Counted from the first letter of the stretch, positions 37,394 to 48,220 are shown. The stretch: 64,000 nucleotides of DNA from Candidatus Eremiobacteria bacterium (GCA_963758295.1 CAVWUU010000004.1:1184001-1248000); one strand, 5' to 3'. The notes: a model not told the origin generated them from the letters alone. Numbers and translations are program-made.

Positions 37394-38254
37394 CTATTTA
37401 TTTTTGAAGCGGGCGACGCGCTTTTCGTTGTAAGCGGCGATGCCTTCTTTTGCGTCCTCGCTCTTGAAGAGCAGCGACTGCAGTTCGCGTTCCAGCGCGA
37501 GCGCGTCTTGCAGCGGAAGCTCCGCGCCGGTCTGAACGCTGCGCTTGATGTGCCCCACGGCCATCGGCGCCTTGTTCGGCGAACAGAATTGACGTGCATA
37601 GTCGGTGATCTGCTCGCGGAACTCGTCGGCCGAGCCTTCGAAAATGTCGCTGATTACGCCCCAGTCCATCGCCTGCTCGTAGCTGAACGTTTTGCCGCTA
37701 ACCATCAGTTCGAGCGCGCGCGATTTACCGACGAGGCGCGCGAGGCGTTGCGTTCCGCCCGTTCCCGGCAAAACGCCGAGCGCTACTTCCGGCAAACCCA
37801 TCTTGCCCGCGTCTTTGCGCGCGATGCGAATGTCCGCCGCCATCGCAATTTCCATGCCGCCGCCTACGCAGTGGCCGTTGAGCGCTGCGATAACAAGCTT
37901 CGGCGTCTGCTCGAGACGGCTCAGCGTCTCGTTCGCATGCAGGCAGAACATGTACTTAAATTCAGGCGTGACCGAGTTGAGCATGTTGATGTTCGCGCCC
38001 GCGGAGAAAAATTTTTCCCCTGCGCCCGTGAGCACGATGACTTCCACTTCGCCGTCGAAACGAGCGTCGAGAATCGCTTCGTCGAGCTGGCGCATCATTT
38101 CGTGCGTGTACGTGTTCGCCGGCGGATCGTTCATTTCGATGAAGCCGATGTGGCCGTCTTTCCAGTAATTGATAACGCGCTTGCCGTCCAAGGGCCGCGC
38201 TTCGCGCCCGAAAGGCGTCTGTTGAACCGTAGTTCCGTTCGCAGTCGTGGTCAT
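37394..38254 (-). CDS. Crotonase-fold protein resembling the catalytic N-terminal domain of BoxC (2,3-epoxybenzoyl-CoA dihydrolase); single domain
   Basis: FSAGANINML..FKYMFCLHANET, ALNGHCVGGGMEIA, GLPEVALGVLPGTGG; start MTTTANG at 38254. Confidence 0.8.
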   Translation of the reverse strand: MTTTANGTTVQQTPFGREARPLDGKRVINYWKDGHIGFIEMNDPPANTYTHEMMRQLDEAILDARFDGEVEVIVLTGAGEKFFSAGANINMLNSVTPEFKYMFCLHANETLSRLEQTPKLVIAALNGHCVGGGMEIAMAADIRIARKDAGKMGLPEVALGVLPGTGGTQRLARLVGKSRALELMVSGKTFSYEQAMDWGVISDIFEGSADEFREQITDYARQFCSPNKAPMAVGHIKRSVQTGAELPLQDALALERELQSLLFKSEDAKEGIAAYNEKRVARFKNK

Positions 38255-38300
38255 TACAAATCCCCTAGCTTGAGTGGCGCTTAGCTTCGCATAGCGAGCC

Positions 38301-39428
38301 TTAGTTCGCGGACAAGTTCCCTTTTGGCGAAATCCAATCCGGATTCTTGAAGTGAGCGGAAAGTACCGAGTCGTCGGCAGGCGTCGGCAGCACGGACGGC
38401 ATGTATGCATTCCACTCGTCTTCGGTTAGCTTGCGGCCGTCGACCGTCCAATACTGGCCCGAATATTGACCGATCTTGCGATTGAATCGCATGTCAGGGA
38501 CGTAGAGCTTCGTTTCGCTCGCGTTGACTTCGTTGACGCGATTGACCGTTTGCTCGACTTCCGCGTAGAACTGATCGCGGGCGCGTTCATTCAAGTGTTC
38601 TTTGTCGACGCTATCGCCGGTCTTATCTTCGTCGACGCGGCCTTTGATGCCCCAGGTATACGCCCACTGTGCCGAACCCGAGTGATCGGTCCCAAAAAGA
38701 TCGAGCGAGCCGGAGATCCATTTGTTGTAGTACTTCTGCTGTAACTCTACCGGAATGATGCCGGCTTTCGCGATGCGACGAAGGCCCGTGATCCCGGTGC
38801 CCATGTGGAACGATTCTTCCCGCAGCATCGGCCCCATGGACGAGGCCAGCGGCGCGAAACTCGAGTGCGAAAGCATCGTCAATTGGAACTTGCCGTCGCG
38901 ATCCATGAAGTTCGTGTACGCGAAGAAGTCCAGCCAATGCGTAACGTCGTCGTTGAATGCATTGAGCAGCCGATTCTTCTTGCCGAACGCGCGGCGTTCA
39001 AGCATTTTCTGCGCTTCGATTTTGCCTTCACTGCCGAAATGATTGACGAGCAGATGGCACATCTGAAAGCCGTGCCGCGTCTCTTCGACCATGATGCGAA
39101 CGAGCGCGGCAAGGTCGTATTCCGAGGGCGCATTATTCACGAGAAAGCGTTGCTGCTCGTTCGAAGCAAATTCCGTGTCGCCCTGATACACGATCATGTT
39201 GAGCACTGCATCGCGCATTCGCTGGTCCGGAATCTCGCGCACCTTCTCCCAGCGCCGCTCACCCTTGAAATCGCCGAAGAAGATCTCGGGAGTGCGCAAC
39301 TCGCCGTACTTGGCTTCGAAGGTGTAACCGGGGACGAACCGGTCGATCAGCTCCCGATCGAGTCCGATGTCGTGTTGCCAGTCCTTGAGCAGGTCGAGCC
39401 AATCGTCAAAGGTGGAAATTCGCGCCAT
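38301..39428 (-). CDS. boxB: Di-iron ring epoxidase, BoxB-like (benzoyl-CoA 2,3-epoxidase family), short form
   Basis: QGDTEFASNEQQ, APSEYDL, VEETRH, DRDGKFQL, REESFH, LDLFG follow BoxB motifs; 375 aa. Confidence 0.75.
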   Translation of the reverse strand: MARISTFDDWLDLLKDWQHDIGLDRELIDRFVPGYTFEAKYGELRTPEIFFGDFKGERRWEKVREIPDQRMRDAVLNMIVYQGDTEFASNEQQRFLVNNAPSEYDLAALVRIMVEETRHGFQMCHLLVNHFGSEGKIEAQKMLERRAFGKKNRLLNAFNDDVTHWLDFFAYTNFMDRDGKFQLTMLSHSSFAPLASSMGPMLREESFHMGTGITGLRRIAKAGIIPVELQQKYYNKWISGSLDLFGTDHSGSAQWAYTWGIKGRVDEDKTGDSVDKEHLNERARDQFYAEVEQTVNRVNEVNASETKLYVPDMRFNRKIGQYSGQYWTVDGRKLTEDEWNAYMPSVLPTPADDSVLSAHFKNPDWISPKGNLSAN

Positions 39429-39459
39429 GGATTAAGGCCTCCGAAAGCCGGCTCGTCGT

Positions 39460-39498
39460 TATGACGGATTTAATCATTTCCGTGAGAATACCGTCATA
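39460..39498. promoter_or_regulatory. Candidate PaaX operator TATGACGG-N23-CCGTCATA
   Basis: Perfect 8-bp inverted repeat between the divergent boxB-like gene and paaX; overlaps a minus-strand TAGTAT -10 (TTGACA at 39521-39526). Confidence 0.7.
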
Positions 39499-39527
39499 CT
39501 ACCTCATCGCCTTGGGAGAGTGTCAAC

Positions 39528-40361
39528 CTGGACAGGCAAATCACGCGGCCGAACTCGTTCATCTTCACGCTCTACGGAGACTTAGTACATCGCCATGTGA
39601 CGGACGGTTCGCTATGGATCGGCAGCTTGATCGCGCTCATGGCGCCGTTCGGCCTCTCGGAAGCCGCCGTCCGTCAGGCCGTTTCGCGAATGTCCCGCCA
39701 GGGCTGGCTAGTCGCCCGGAAGACGGGCAACCGTGCATTCTACGCCGTGACGGAACGCGGCCGCCGCCGCATCTTGGGTTTGAGCCCGCGCATCTACGGC
39801 CCGGTCGTCGAGTGGGACGGCCGGTGGCGTATGCTCACCTACAGCATCGCTGAAGCGCAGCGCGACCGCCGGGACCGATTACGGAAAGAACTAACCGTTC
39901 TGGGCTGGGCGCCGCTCTCCGCATCGACCTGGATTTCGCCTTCCGATGCGATCGACGACATTAGGGAAATCGCCGGCGCGTCGGATCTGCTGCCGAACGT
40001 CGACTTCTTCGTTGCCGAGTATGCCGGGCCGGCGTCCGACCGCGAGTTGCTTACAAAATGCTGGGATTTAGATGCGATCGCGCGCGCTTACGGCGATTTC
40101 ATTCGCGCCTATGAACCGCGCCTGGGGCGCGAACGCACCGAAGGATCGCTCAGCGATGAAGAGGCTTTTGTCGAACGGCTTTGGCTGGTTCACAACTATC
40201 GAAAGTTTACGTACGTCGATCCGGGACTTCCGAGCGCGCTGCTGCCCGCTCATTGGCCCGGCACGACCGCCGCGTCGCTCTTTCGCGAATACTATGCCGC
40301 CATTGACGCGAAATCGCTGCGGTTTTTCACAGAAGCAACGGGGCAGGCGGTAACGGCCTAA
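39528..40361 (+). CDS. paaX: PaaX-family transcriptional repressor; probable CTG start at 39528 (ORF track starts at GTG 39597)
   Basis: RPNSFIFTLYGD, LWIGSLI, AVRQAVSRM, WDGRW, DPGLP.ALLP.HWPG. Confidence 0.9.
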   Translation: MDRQITRPNSFIFTLYGDLVHRHVTDGSLWIGSLIALMAPFGLSEAAVRQAVSRMSRQGWLVARKTGNRAFYAVTERGRRRILGLSPRIYGPVVEWDGRWRMLTYSIAEAQRDRRDRLRKELTVLGWAPLSASTWISPSDAIDDIREIAGASDLLPNVDFFVAEYAGPASDRELLTKCWDLDAIARAYGDFIRAYEPRLGRERTEGSLSDEEAFVERLWLVHNYRKFTYVDPGLPSALLPAHWPGTTAASLFREYYAAIDAKSLRFFTEATGQAVTA

Positions 40362-40380
40362 CTGAGGAAGTGCGGGCGCC

Positions 40381-40791
40381 ATGCCCAAACGGTTTTTCTT
40401 TGCGTGCGCCATGGCGTCGGCCGCGCTCGCTGCATGCAGCGGCTATAACTCGAACAACATTTACGGACCGCCGTCCACGCCGACGCCGCTTCCGTCTTAC
40501 TCGCCGAATCCGGCGATTACGACGGCGAACGTCACGTTTAGCGTCGCCGGAAACACGATTGCGAATCAGCCGATCGCCATGTCAACTCCGGACGCGGCAG
40601 GACAACCCGGCACGACGATTACGACGATTAACACCAACAGCACCGGCGTCGCCGCGTTCAGCGGACTTACCGACACGACGACGTACTGCTGGACGACGAT
40701 GTACACGCCCGCATCCGCGCAACCCCAAGAATACAGCGCCTGCGTTCCGCAGCAGTTCTGGGGAAGCGGCGTTCATCTCGGAAATCCGTAA
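40381..40791 (+). CDS. Ser/Thr/Pro-rich lipoprotein with an Ig-like domain
   Basis: Lipobox LAAC; TNSTGVA.FSGL motif. Confidence 0.7.
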   Translation: MPKRFFFACAMASAALAACSGYNSNNIYGPPSTPTPLPSYSPNPAITTANVTFSVAGNTIANQPIAMSTPDAAGQPGTTITTINTNSTGVAAFSGLTDTTTYCWTTMYTPASAQPQEYSACVPQQFWGSGVHLGNP

Positions 40792-40812
40792 GCTTCGTTT
40801 CGCGTGAATCGC

Positions 40813-40852
40813 AAAAAAAGAGCGCCTCGCATCTGCGAGGCGCTCTTTCTTC
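40813..40852. terminator. Bidirectional rho-independent terminator
   Basis: aaaaaaagagcgcctcgc-atct-gcgaggcgctctttctt between convergent genes. Confidence 0.88.
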
Positions 40853-40867
40853 ATCGCCCGGAGGCTG

Positions 40868-43480
40868 TTAGTGGGCGTGCCACTCGAGCTGGAGGCGAAT
40901 CGTACGCGGCAACGCCGGAATGATCGACGTGGGGTACGGCACGTACTGGCCCTTGTTGTTCTCTCCCGTCAGCGGAATGCCGACGTTCGGGAGCACGAGA
41001 TTGTTGTACGCGTTGCTGTTGAACAGGTTGTCAGCCGAGACTTGCAGGTTGAGCACCTTGTTCACGGGGTGACGGTACGTCGCGTTGAAGAGCACGAGCG
41101 GCGCCTGGTTGTAGGAGTTGTTCTTGCCCTCGAAGTCTGCACCGAGCGCGAAGTACGTACGGTCGCGGAACGTGTACTGGAGTTGACCGTAAGCCTTCAG
41201 GTACGGAATGCAAACCGCTGCAGCGGTACCGCACTGTTGCACGCCGTTCGCGGGCACCGAGCCCGCCGGCGAGAACGCCGCGACCGGAATGCCGTTGATG
41301 ATCGAGCGCTGGAGCGAACCCGTTACGTAGTAGCCCAGACCGAAGTTCGGCTGGAACGCGTACTTGAGGGTCGCGACTTGCGCCGCCAGGTTCGCCGCGT
41401 TGATCGGCATGTTGGTGTAGACGTAGTTCGGATTGTCGACTTCCGCCGTAAGCGTCTCGAAGACGTTACTCACGTTCATGTTGAGGTAGTCGAAGCTCAG
41501 AACGCTGCCGTCGTGCAGGCGCTTGTCGACGCCGAGGCCCCACGAGTGGGCGACTTCCGGCGATAAGAACGGGTTCTTCTCCACGAGCGTGGTGCCGAGG
41601 GGCGCCGTGGCCGTCGGCTGCTGGATGTAGGCAGAACCGCTGACGTTACCGGCGTACGGGAAGTTTACCGACGAACCGAACGACGCGCGGTACGAGAGCC
41701 CGCCCGACGGCGAGAACGTGAGTGCAACGTGCGGGTCGAGGTGGTTAACGCTTCGGCCGAGTTTCACCGTGTTTACGGTGGACGAGCCGGGAGCCGAAAC
41801 GACCGACTGCCAGCCGTCGAGCTGCCAGTTGGTGTCGTAAAGACCGGCGGCGAGCGTCGTCTTCGGATTGAGCGCGAAGTTGCCCGTAAGCGAGAACGTA
41901 TTGGTACGCGCGATGGTGTCGGGAACGACGACCGGAAGCGCGCCGCCCGCAACGATGGAACCGGCTTGCGCGTACGTTCCGTCGCTGTGGTAGTCGTACG
42001 TTGCCGTCACGTCGTTGTCGCCGAAGGGATGCACGAACGACACGGTCGTTCCATGCAGTTTGTCGAGTTCGAACGTGGTGTACGGCGACTGCATCACTGC
42101 CGCGCCGGCCGCCGTGTAGTGATCCGGGTAGAGCGATTCGCCGCCGCCGTCGACGTCACGGAGAACCGATCCGGCGTACGGACGTACAAGCAACGTGTTG
42201 TTGCCGATCGCCGTACGGAACTGGCCTTCCCAAATCGGCTGGTCGTTGAAGACGTTGGATCCTGGATAGAAGATGTATCCGTTGATCGTCTTGCCGACGT
42301 ATTGGCCGAAGTTCGGGTTGGTGCACTGCATGGAACCGCTGATGGTCGCGCAAGGCACGATCGTCATGTTTCCCGCGTACTGCCCGTACGACGTCGCCTG
42401 CGGGTAGAAACCCGACTGCGAACCGACGTAGGCGAGTTCGAACGACGTGGCGTTCGAGAAGTCGTACTTAGCTTTCAGCACTTCGCCTTTTTGGAAAAGC
42501 GGGGCGCTGAGATTGCCGCACGATTGAATGATGCCGGTGCTTCCCGGGAGGTTCGTCAGCGCGGACTTGACCGGCTTGACGATACAGCCTTGCGACCCTT
42601 GATACGGACCGTTTTCGCTGTTGTAACCGAGCGCCATCACGTACGAGAACTTCTGGCCCAGTTTACCGGTCGTCAAGAAATCCGAGTACTGTGCTGCGTA
42701 GTTGTCCATACCGACGACGAAACGCGTTTCCGGACGGCCGTTGTAAGACGGCGTGACGAAGTTCGCGGTACCGCCGATGGCGCTGCCCGCAAACGGCGTC
42801 GTGTTGCCCGGACCGATTTCCGTTTCGATGCCCGAGAGCATGAACGAGTTGAAATACTGCGTGATCCACGAACCGTAGCGGCCGGTCGAGAGCGGATGTC
42901 CGTCGAGGAGCACCTGCGTCTCGTACGGCTGCGCGCCGGCGAGCGAGATCGACGTGTTGGGCGCACTGCTCGTGCGCTGAATGTTCAGGCCCGGAACCTG
43001 CTGCAGCGCTTCGTTGATCTGCGGCGAGCCGAGATCTTGAAGGTGCTGCGCGCTCACGATCGTTTCTGCGGTCGGGCTCGTGTTGATCGAGCTATGCATA
43101 GACGTGTGAACTGTTGCAATCGTGCGCAACGACGTAAGGTCGGGCTGTTGCAGCACGACGTTTTCGGCAAGGCTGCCGCCGCTCGTCAGAGCGATGTCGT
43201 GCGCTTCGGCGGAAAGATATCCGCCTTTATTGACCTGGAGTTCGTAGATCCCCGGGGCGAGATTCGTGAAACCGAACGCGCCGTTGGCATCCGAGGTCGT
43301 GACTTGACGGTTTGCACCGGTCAGCACGATCCGCGCGCCCACGACGGGCGCTCCCGAGGCCGAATGAACTATGCCGGTAATTGCAGCGTTCTTCGCAACC
43401 GTGACCGCCTCGTCCGAACGAGCGGCGGCCGGGGATACGGCAAGAAGCACGGCAAGCACCAGAGCGATTCGAGAAAACAC
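40868..43480 (-). CDS. TonB-dependent receptor with N-terminal carboxypeptidase-regulatory-like domain
   Basis: Signal peptide, ITGIV..ASGAPV.GA, plug (EALQQVPG, TQVLLDGHP), SADNLFN, C-terminal PRTIRLQLEW. Confidence 0.88.
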   Translation of the reverse strand: MFSRIALVLAVLLAVSPAAARSDEAVTVAKNAAITGIVHSASGAPVVGARIVLTGANRQVTTSDANGAFGFTNLAPGIYELQVNKGGYLSAEAHDIALTSGGSLAENVVLQQPDLTSLRTIATVHTSMHSSINTSPTAETIVSAQHLQDLGSPQINEALQQVPGLNIQRTSSAPNTSISLAGAQPYETQVLLDGHPLSTGRYGSWITQYFNSFMLSGIETEIGPGNTTPFAGSAIGGTANFVTPSYNGRPETRFVVGMDNYAAQYSDFLTTGKLGQKFSYVMALGYNSENGPYQGSQGCIVKPVKSALTNLPGSTGIIQSCGNLSAPLFQKGEVLKAKYDFSNATSFELAYVGSQSGFYPQATSYGQYAGNMTIVPCATISGSMQCTNPNFGQYVGKTINGYIFYPGSNVFNDQPIWEGQFRTAIGNNTLLVRPYAGSVLRDVDGGGESLYPDHYTAAGAAVMQSPYTTFELDKLHGTTVSFVHPFGDNDVTATYDYHSDGTYAQAGSIVAGGALPVVVPDTIARTNTFSLTGNFALNPKTTLAAGLYDTNWQLDGWQSVVSAPGSSTVNTVKLGRSVNHLDPHVALTFSPSGGLSYRASFGSSVNFPYAGNVSGSAYIQQPTATAPLGTTLVEKNPFLSPEVAHSWGLGVDKRLHDGSVLSFDYLNMNVSNVFETLTAEVDNPNYVYTNMPINAANLAAQVATLKYAFQPNFGLGYYVTGSLQRSIINGIPVAAFSPAGSVPANGVQQCGTAAAVCIPYLKAYGQLQYTFRDRTYFALGADFEGKNNSYNQAPLVLFNATYRHPVNKVLNLQVSADNLFNSNAYNNLVLPNVGIPLTGENNKGQYVPYPTSIIPALPRTIRLQLEWHAH

Positions 43481-43600
43481 TCGAAACCTTCTCCGTTCTT
43501 ATCGTAAATAGCAAAAGCGTGCGCCATACGGCACAACGCCCTTACGCTACCACGCGCGGGTTAATTGGCCTTTAAGAACGTGCAAAAACGCCATATTTCG

Positions 43601-43616
43601 TGCGATTTATGTCGCA
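43601..43616. promoter_or_regulatory. CRP/FNR-family-like site TGCGA-N6-TCGCA
   Basis: tgcgatttatgtcgca, perfect palindromic arms upstream of the TonB-dependent receptor. Confidence 0.5.
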
Positions 43617-43637
43617 ACCACCTCCGCCGTGCAGAGA

Positions 43638-43961
43638 TCAGTCCTCGTCTTCGTGTAGATGAAGGTGGCAGCCGTCTTCGGCATCCGAAAGGACGTCGCG
43701 GGCTTCGCTGAGGACGTGTTGCGACAAAGGCTGCTCGGGCGGCGTAATGCTTCCCTCAGATGCAAGGAACGCGGATTCGCTCCAATCTTCCCATGTCTCG
43801 AGCGGTTCGCCGTCCATTTCGGCGGGAAACCGGACGCAAAAGCCCTGGTCTACGTGAACGCCGACGACCATGACGCGCGTGCCGCGCGGAAAGTACGTTC
43901 CGTCCTTCCACAGCGTGCCGTACGTAGTGTCGTAGTGCTGGCCGATGCGTAGCGCTTCTAT
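43638..43961 (-). CDS. Acidic hypothetical protein with a C-terminal CHLHLH motif; possible ATA start at 43961 (ORF track starts at ATG 43871)
   Basis: Open frame extends to just after the aldehyde dehydrogenase stop. Confidence 0.6.
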   Translation of the reverse strand: MEALRIGQHYDTTYGTLWKDGTYFPRGTRVMVVGVHVDQGFCVRFPAEMDGEPLETWEDWSESAFLASEGSITPPEQPLSQHVLSEARDVLSDAEDGCHLHLHEDED

Positions 43962-43975
43962 GGTTGCCTGTCTCT

Positions 43976-45466
43976 CTAGACGCCGAACGGGTTCATCGAT
44001 TTTTCCCCGATGTAGGTCAGAACGCTCTTCGTCTCGCTATAGAGCCGCATCGTTTCCATGCCGAGCTCGCGGCCGTATCCCGATTGTTTATACCCGCCGA
44101 ACGGCACTCCAGGAAACACCGAGTATGGCGTGTTGATCGCAACGGTGCCGCTTCGGATAGCACGCGCGGTGCGGTTGGCTCGTCCGATGTTCTGCGACCA
44201 CACGCTCGCGGAAAGACCGTAGTCGCTGGCGTTTGCGAGGGTAATCGCTTCGGCTTCGTCCTCGAAGCGCACGAGCGAAACGACCGGTCCGAAAATTTCT
44301 TCGGTCGCCACACGATGGTGCGGCTCGGCTTCGAACGCGCTGACGGTCCAGAACATTCCTTCGGCGTTCATGCCGTCCATCGGCGCGGCCATTCCGCCGA
44401 TAAGGACGCGAGCACCTTCGTCGCGTCCAATGTCGCAGTACGATTGAATCTTCTCGTACTGTTCGCGCATCGTGATCGCGCCTACGTGCGTCTGTGGATC
44501 TTCAGGATTTCCAACGCGCACGTTTTTCGCGCGCTCCACGAAAGCTTCCGCGAACTTGTCGTAGATCGAGCTTTGAACGAGCACGCGCGAACGCGCTTCA
44601 CATGTTTGCCCCGCGTTGTAGTAAATTCCGTACAGCGCTCCCGCAACCGCCGCATCGATATCCGCATCGTCGAAGACGACCGAGGGCGACTTGCCGCCAA
44701 GCTCGAGCGTCACGCGCTTGAGCGTCTGCGCGGCCGTCTGCGCAACGATTTTTCCTGTCGCGGTACTGCCGGTGAAGGCAATCTTATCGATCGCCGGATG
44801 CTCGACGATCCATTGCCCCAGTTCGCGTCCCGAACCCGTGACCACGTTCAGCACGCCTTCGGGCAATCCGGCTTCGAGCGCGATTTTTCCAAGCTCGATC
44901 GCGCTAAGCGGCGTCGACGGCGCAGGCTTTAGAATGACCGTGCAGCCGGCCGCGAGCGCCGGCGCAACTTTCCACGAGGCCAGCAGCAACGGAAAGTTCC
45001 AAGGGATGATGGCGCCCACGACGCCGACGGGTTCACGAACCGTATTCGCAAGATATGTTGCGAGCGGCGGAGGCATCGTTTCGCCGTAGTTCTTCGTTGC
45101 GGCGCCGGCATAGAACTCAAAGCAGTCGACGATGGCGCTGATCTCGCCTTTTGCCGTCGCGATAGGTTTACCGTTGTCGCGGACTTCCAGCATCGCGAGA
45201 TCGTTCGCGCGCTCACTGATGAGTTGCGCGATTTTGTACAAGACCTTCGCTTTGCGCGAGGCAGGCGTCGAGGCCCACTTTCCGGCATCGAACGCGCGGC
45301 GCGCGCTTTGCACGGCCGCGTCGACATCCTCGCGGCTTGCTTCCGCAACACCGGCAAGCGTCGCGCCCGTCGCGGGATTGCGATTTTCGTACGTGGCGCC
45401 CGATGATGCGTCGCGCCATTGTCCGCCGATGAGCAGTTGCGTTGTGGCCGTCGCCGTGGTAGTCAT
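43976..45466 (-). CDS. NAD(P)-dependent aldehyde dehydrogenase
   Basis: IIPWNFP, FTGST, LELGGKS, NAGQTC, EEIFGPV, PFGGYKQSG; start MTTTAT at 45466. Confidence 0.93.
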   Translation of the reverse strand: MTTTATATTQLLIGGQWRDASSGATYENRNPATGATLAGVAEASREDVDAAVQSARRAFDAGKWASTPASRKAKVLYKIAQLISERANDLAMLEVRDNGKPIATAKGEISAIVDCFEFYAGAATKNYGETMPPPLATYLANTVREPVGVVGAIIPWNFPLLLASWKVAPALAAGCTVILKPAPSTPLSAIELGKIALEAGLPEGVLNVVTGSGRELGQWIVEHPAIDKIAFTGSTATGKIVAQTAAQTLKRVTLELGGKSPSVVFDDADIDAAVAGALYGIYYNAGQTCEARSRVLVQSSIYDKFAEAFVERAKNVRVGNPEDPQTHVGAITMREQYEKIQSYCDIGRDEGARVLIGGMAAPMDGMNAEGMFWTVSAFEAEPHHRVATEEIFGPVVSLVRFEDEAEAITLANASDYGLSASVWSQNIGRANRTARAIRSGTVAINTPYSVFPGVPFGGYKQSGYGRELGMETMRLYSETKSVLTYIGEKSMNPFGV

Positions 45467-45467
45467 G

Positions 45468-46630
<1,163 letters not shown>

Positions 46631-46644
<14 letters not shown>

Positions 46645-48220
46645 CAAACCCTTCTTCCGGCGTTTGCTCTACGTCCAGCACCCATAACGAGCGATCCGGA
46701 GCCCATTCGCGGCCTTCCGACTCCGCGAGGCGGTTTAGGATGCGCGCGACGCGTGCGCCGCCTATTTCCCGTCCCCACGCGATCGGACCGATTGGATAGT
46801 TCACGCCAAGGCGCATCGCTAGATCGATGTCGTCGGCAGTTGCGACGTTTTCATGCACAGCGATAACGGCTTCGTTGACGATAGACGCCACGACACGCCC
46901 TACGAAAAGGCCGGGAGAATCCTCGACGAGCACGACGCCCTTTCCGAGGGAGGCGAACAGTTCTTGCGCGAGCGCAAGGGCATCGTCCGAAACCTGTTCC
47001 GTGTCGACGATTTCAACCGCGCTTTGACTTTCTAGCGCGCCGAGCACACCGAATCCCACAAGCCGTTCGGGATGCTGCATCGCGTGCGCCGCAGCGTCCA
47101 AATCAGTAGCGTATGCGTCGGTGAAAATGACGGTTTCCGGCCCAAAGACGGAATCGAGTTGCGCTGCAACGCTTGCACGATCGGCGTGGCCGTCGCCGGC
47201 GTCGATAGCAATCGTCGCATCGACCGGAACTTGCTCCAGGAACTCGTCGTTTTCTATTCGCGTAACGCGGGCGTAATGTTGGTCAAGCAATTCCGCCAGC
47301 TCGTCGGCGATACCACCGAATCCGATGAGCACCACGTGTTCGTCTTCGTTTGGCTCACCCGGCTCTTCGGGCGCGGCATCCAGGCGCTGCGGCGGCCCGT
47401 CGGAGTAATCGTAAAACCCGGCGCCGGTCTTGCGTCCCAAGCGTCCGGATTCAACCATCCGCCGTTGAAGTTGAACGGGCGCTAGACGCTCGGCTTCGAG
47501 CCGTTGATACACCGATTCCGTCGTCGCAAGGTTGACGTCTAAGCCAATAAGATCCATCAGCTCGAACGGGCCCATGCGAAAGCCGGCACCACGCGCGAGC
47601 GCATCGAGTTCTTCGAGCGAGGCGACGCCGCGATCGAAAGCCCTCAGCGACTGCAAGTAAAAAGGCCGCGCAACGCGGTTTACGATGAACCCGGGCGTGT
47701 CGGCGGCAAGTACGCCGTGCTTTCCTATTCGTTCGACGAATCGTTGTGCGCGGGCGACCGAGTCGTCGGAAGTCTCCGGCGCGGCAACGATCTCTACTAG
47801 GTCCATTACCGAAGGCGGATTGAAAAAATGCAATCCTACCACACGTTCGGGATTGGGCAGGTGTCCGGCGAGATCTTCGACTGAAAGCGCCGACGTGTTG
47901 GTTGCAATGAGTGCTTTATCGTCGAGCGCTTGCGCAAGTTGTTTCAGCACCTCGCGCTTTAAGTCGAAGCTTTCGGGAACGGCTTCGATCGCGATCGCCG
48001 CTTCGCTGGTCGGCGGAATGCGGTCGCTCCAACGAATGCGGCTGAGCACCGCGGCGCCGCCTTCCGTGCGTTGCGCTTCTTTCTGAAGCCGGGCGAGGCC
48101 ACGCTCGCGCGCCGCTGCATCGGGCTCCACGAGTGCGACGACGTAACCGCCGCGCGCGGCCACGAAGGCAATTCCGGCGCCCATCGTTCCGGCGCCGACG
48201 ATAAGGATCATATCCTCCAC
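46631..48220 (-). CDS. paaH: 3-hydroxyacyl-CoA dehydrogenase, duplicated PaaH-type architecture
   Basis: GAGTMGAGIA, EAVPE, TNTSALS, GLHFFNP, PGFIVNR, GPFELMD; second DIDLAMRLGVNYP.GP. Confidence 0.87.

Noticed and set aside
41729..43507. 592-aa plus-strand ORF opposite the TonB-dependent receptor
   Set aside because: Antisense shadow of a strongly codon-biased gene; Arg/Val-rich with no recognisable motifs
43510..43528. Possible sigma54 promoter TGGCGCACGCTTTTGCT upstream of the receptor
   Set aside because: GG-GC spacing is 11 nt rather than the required 10
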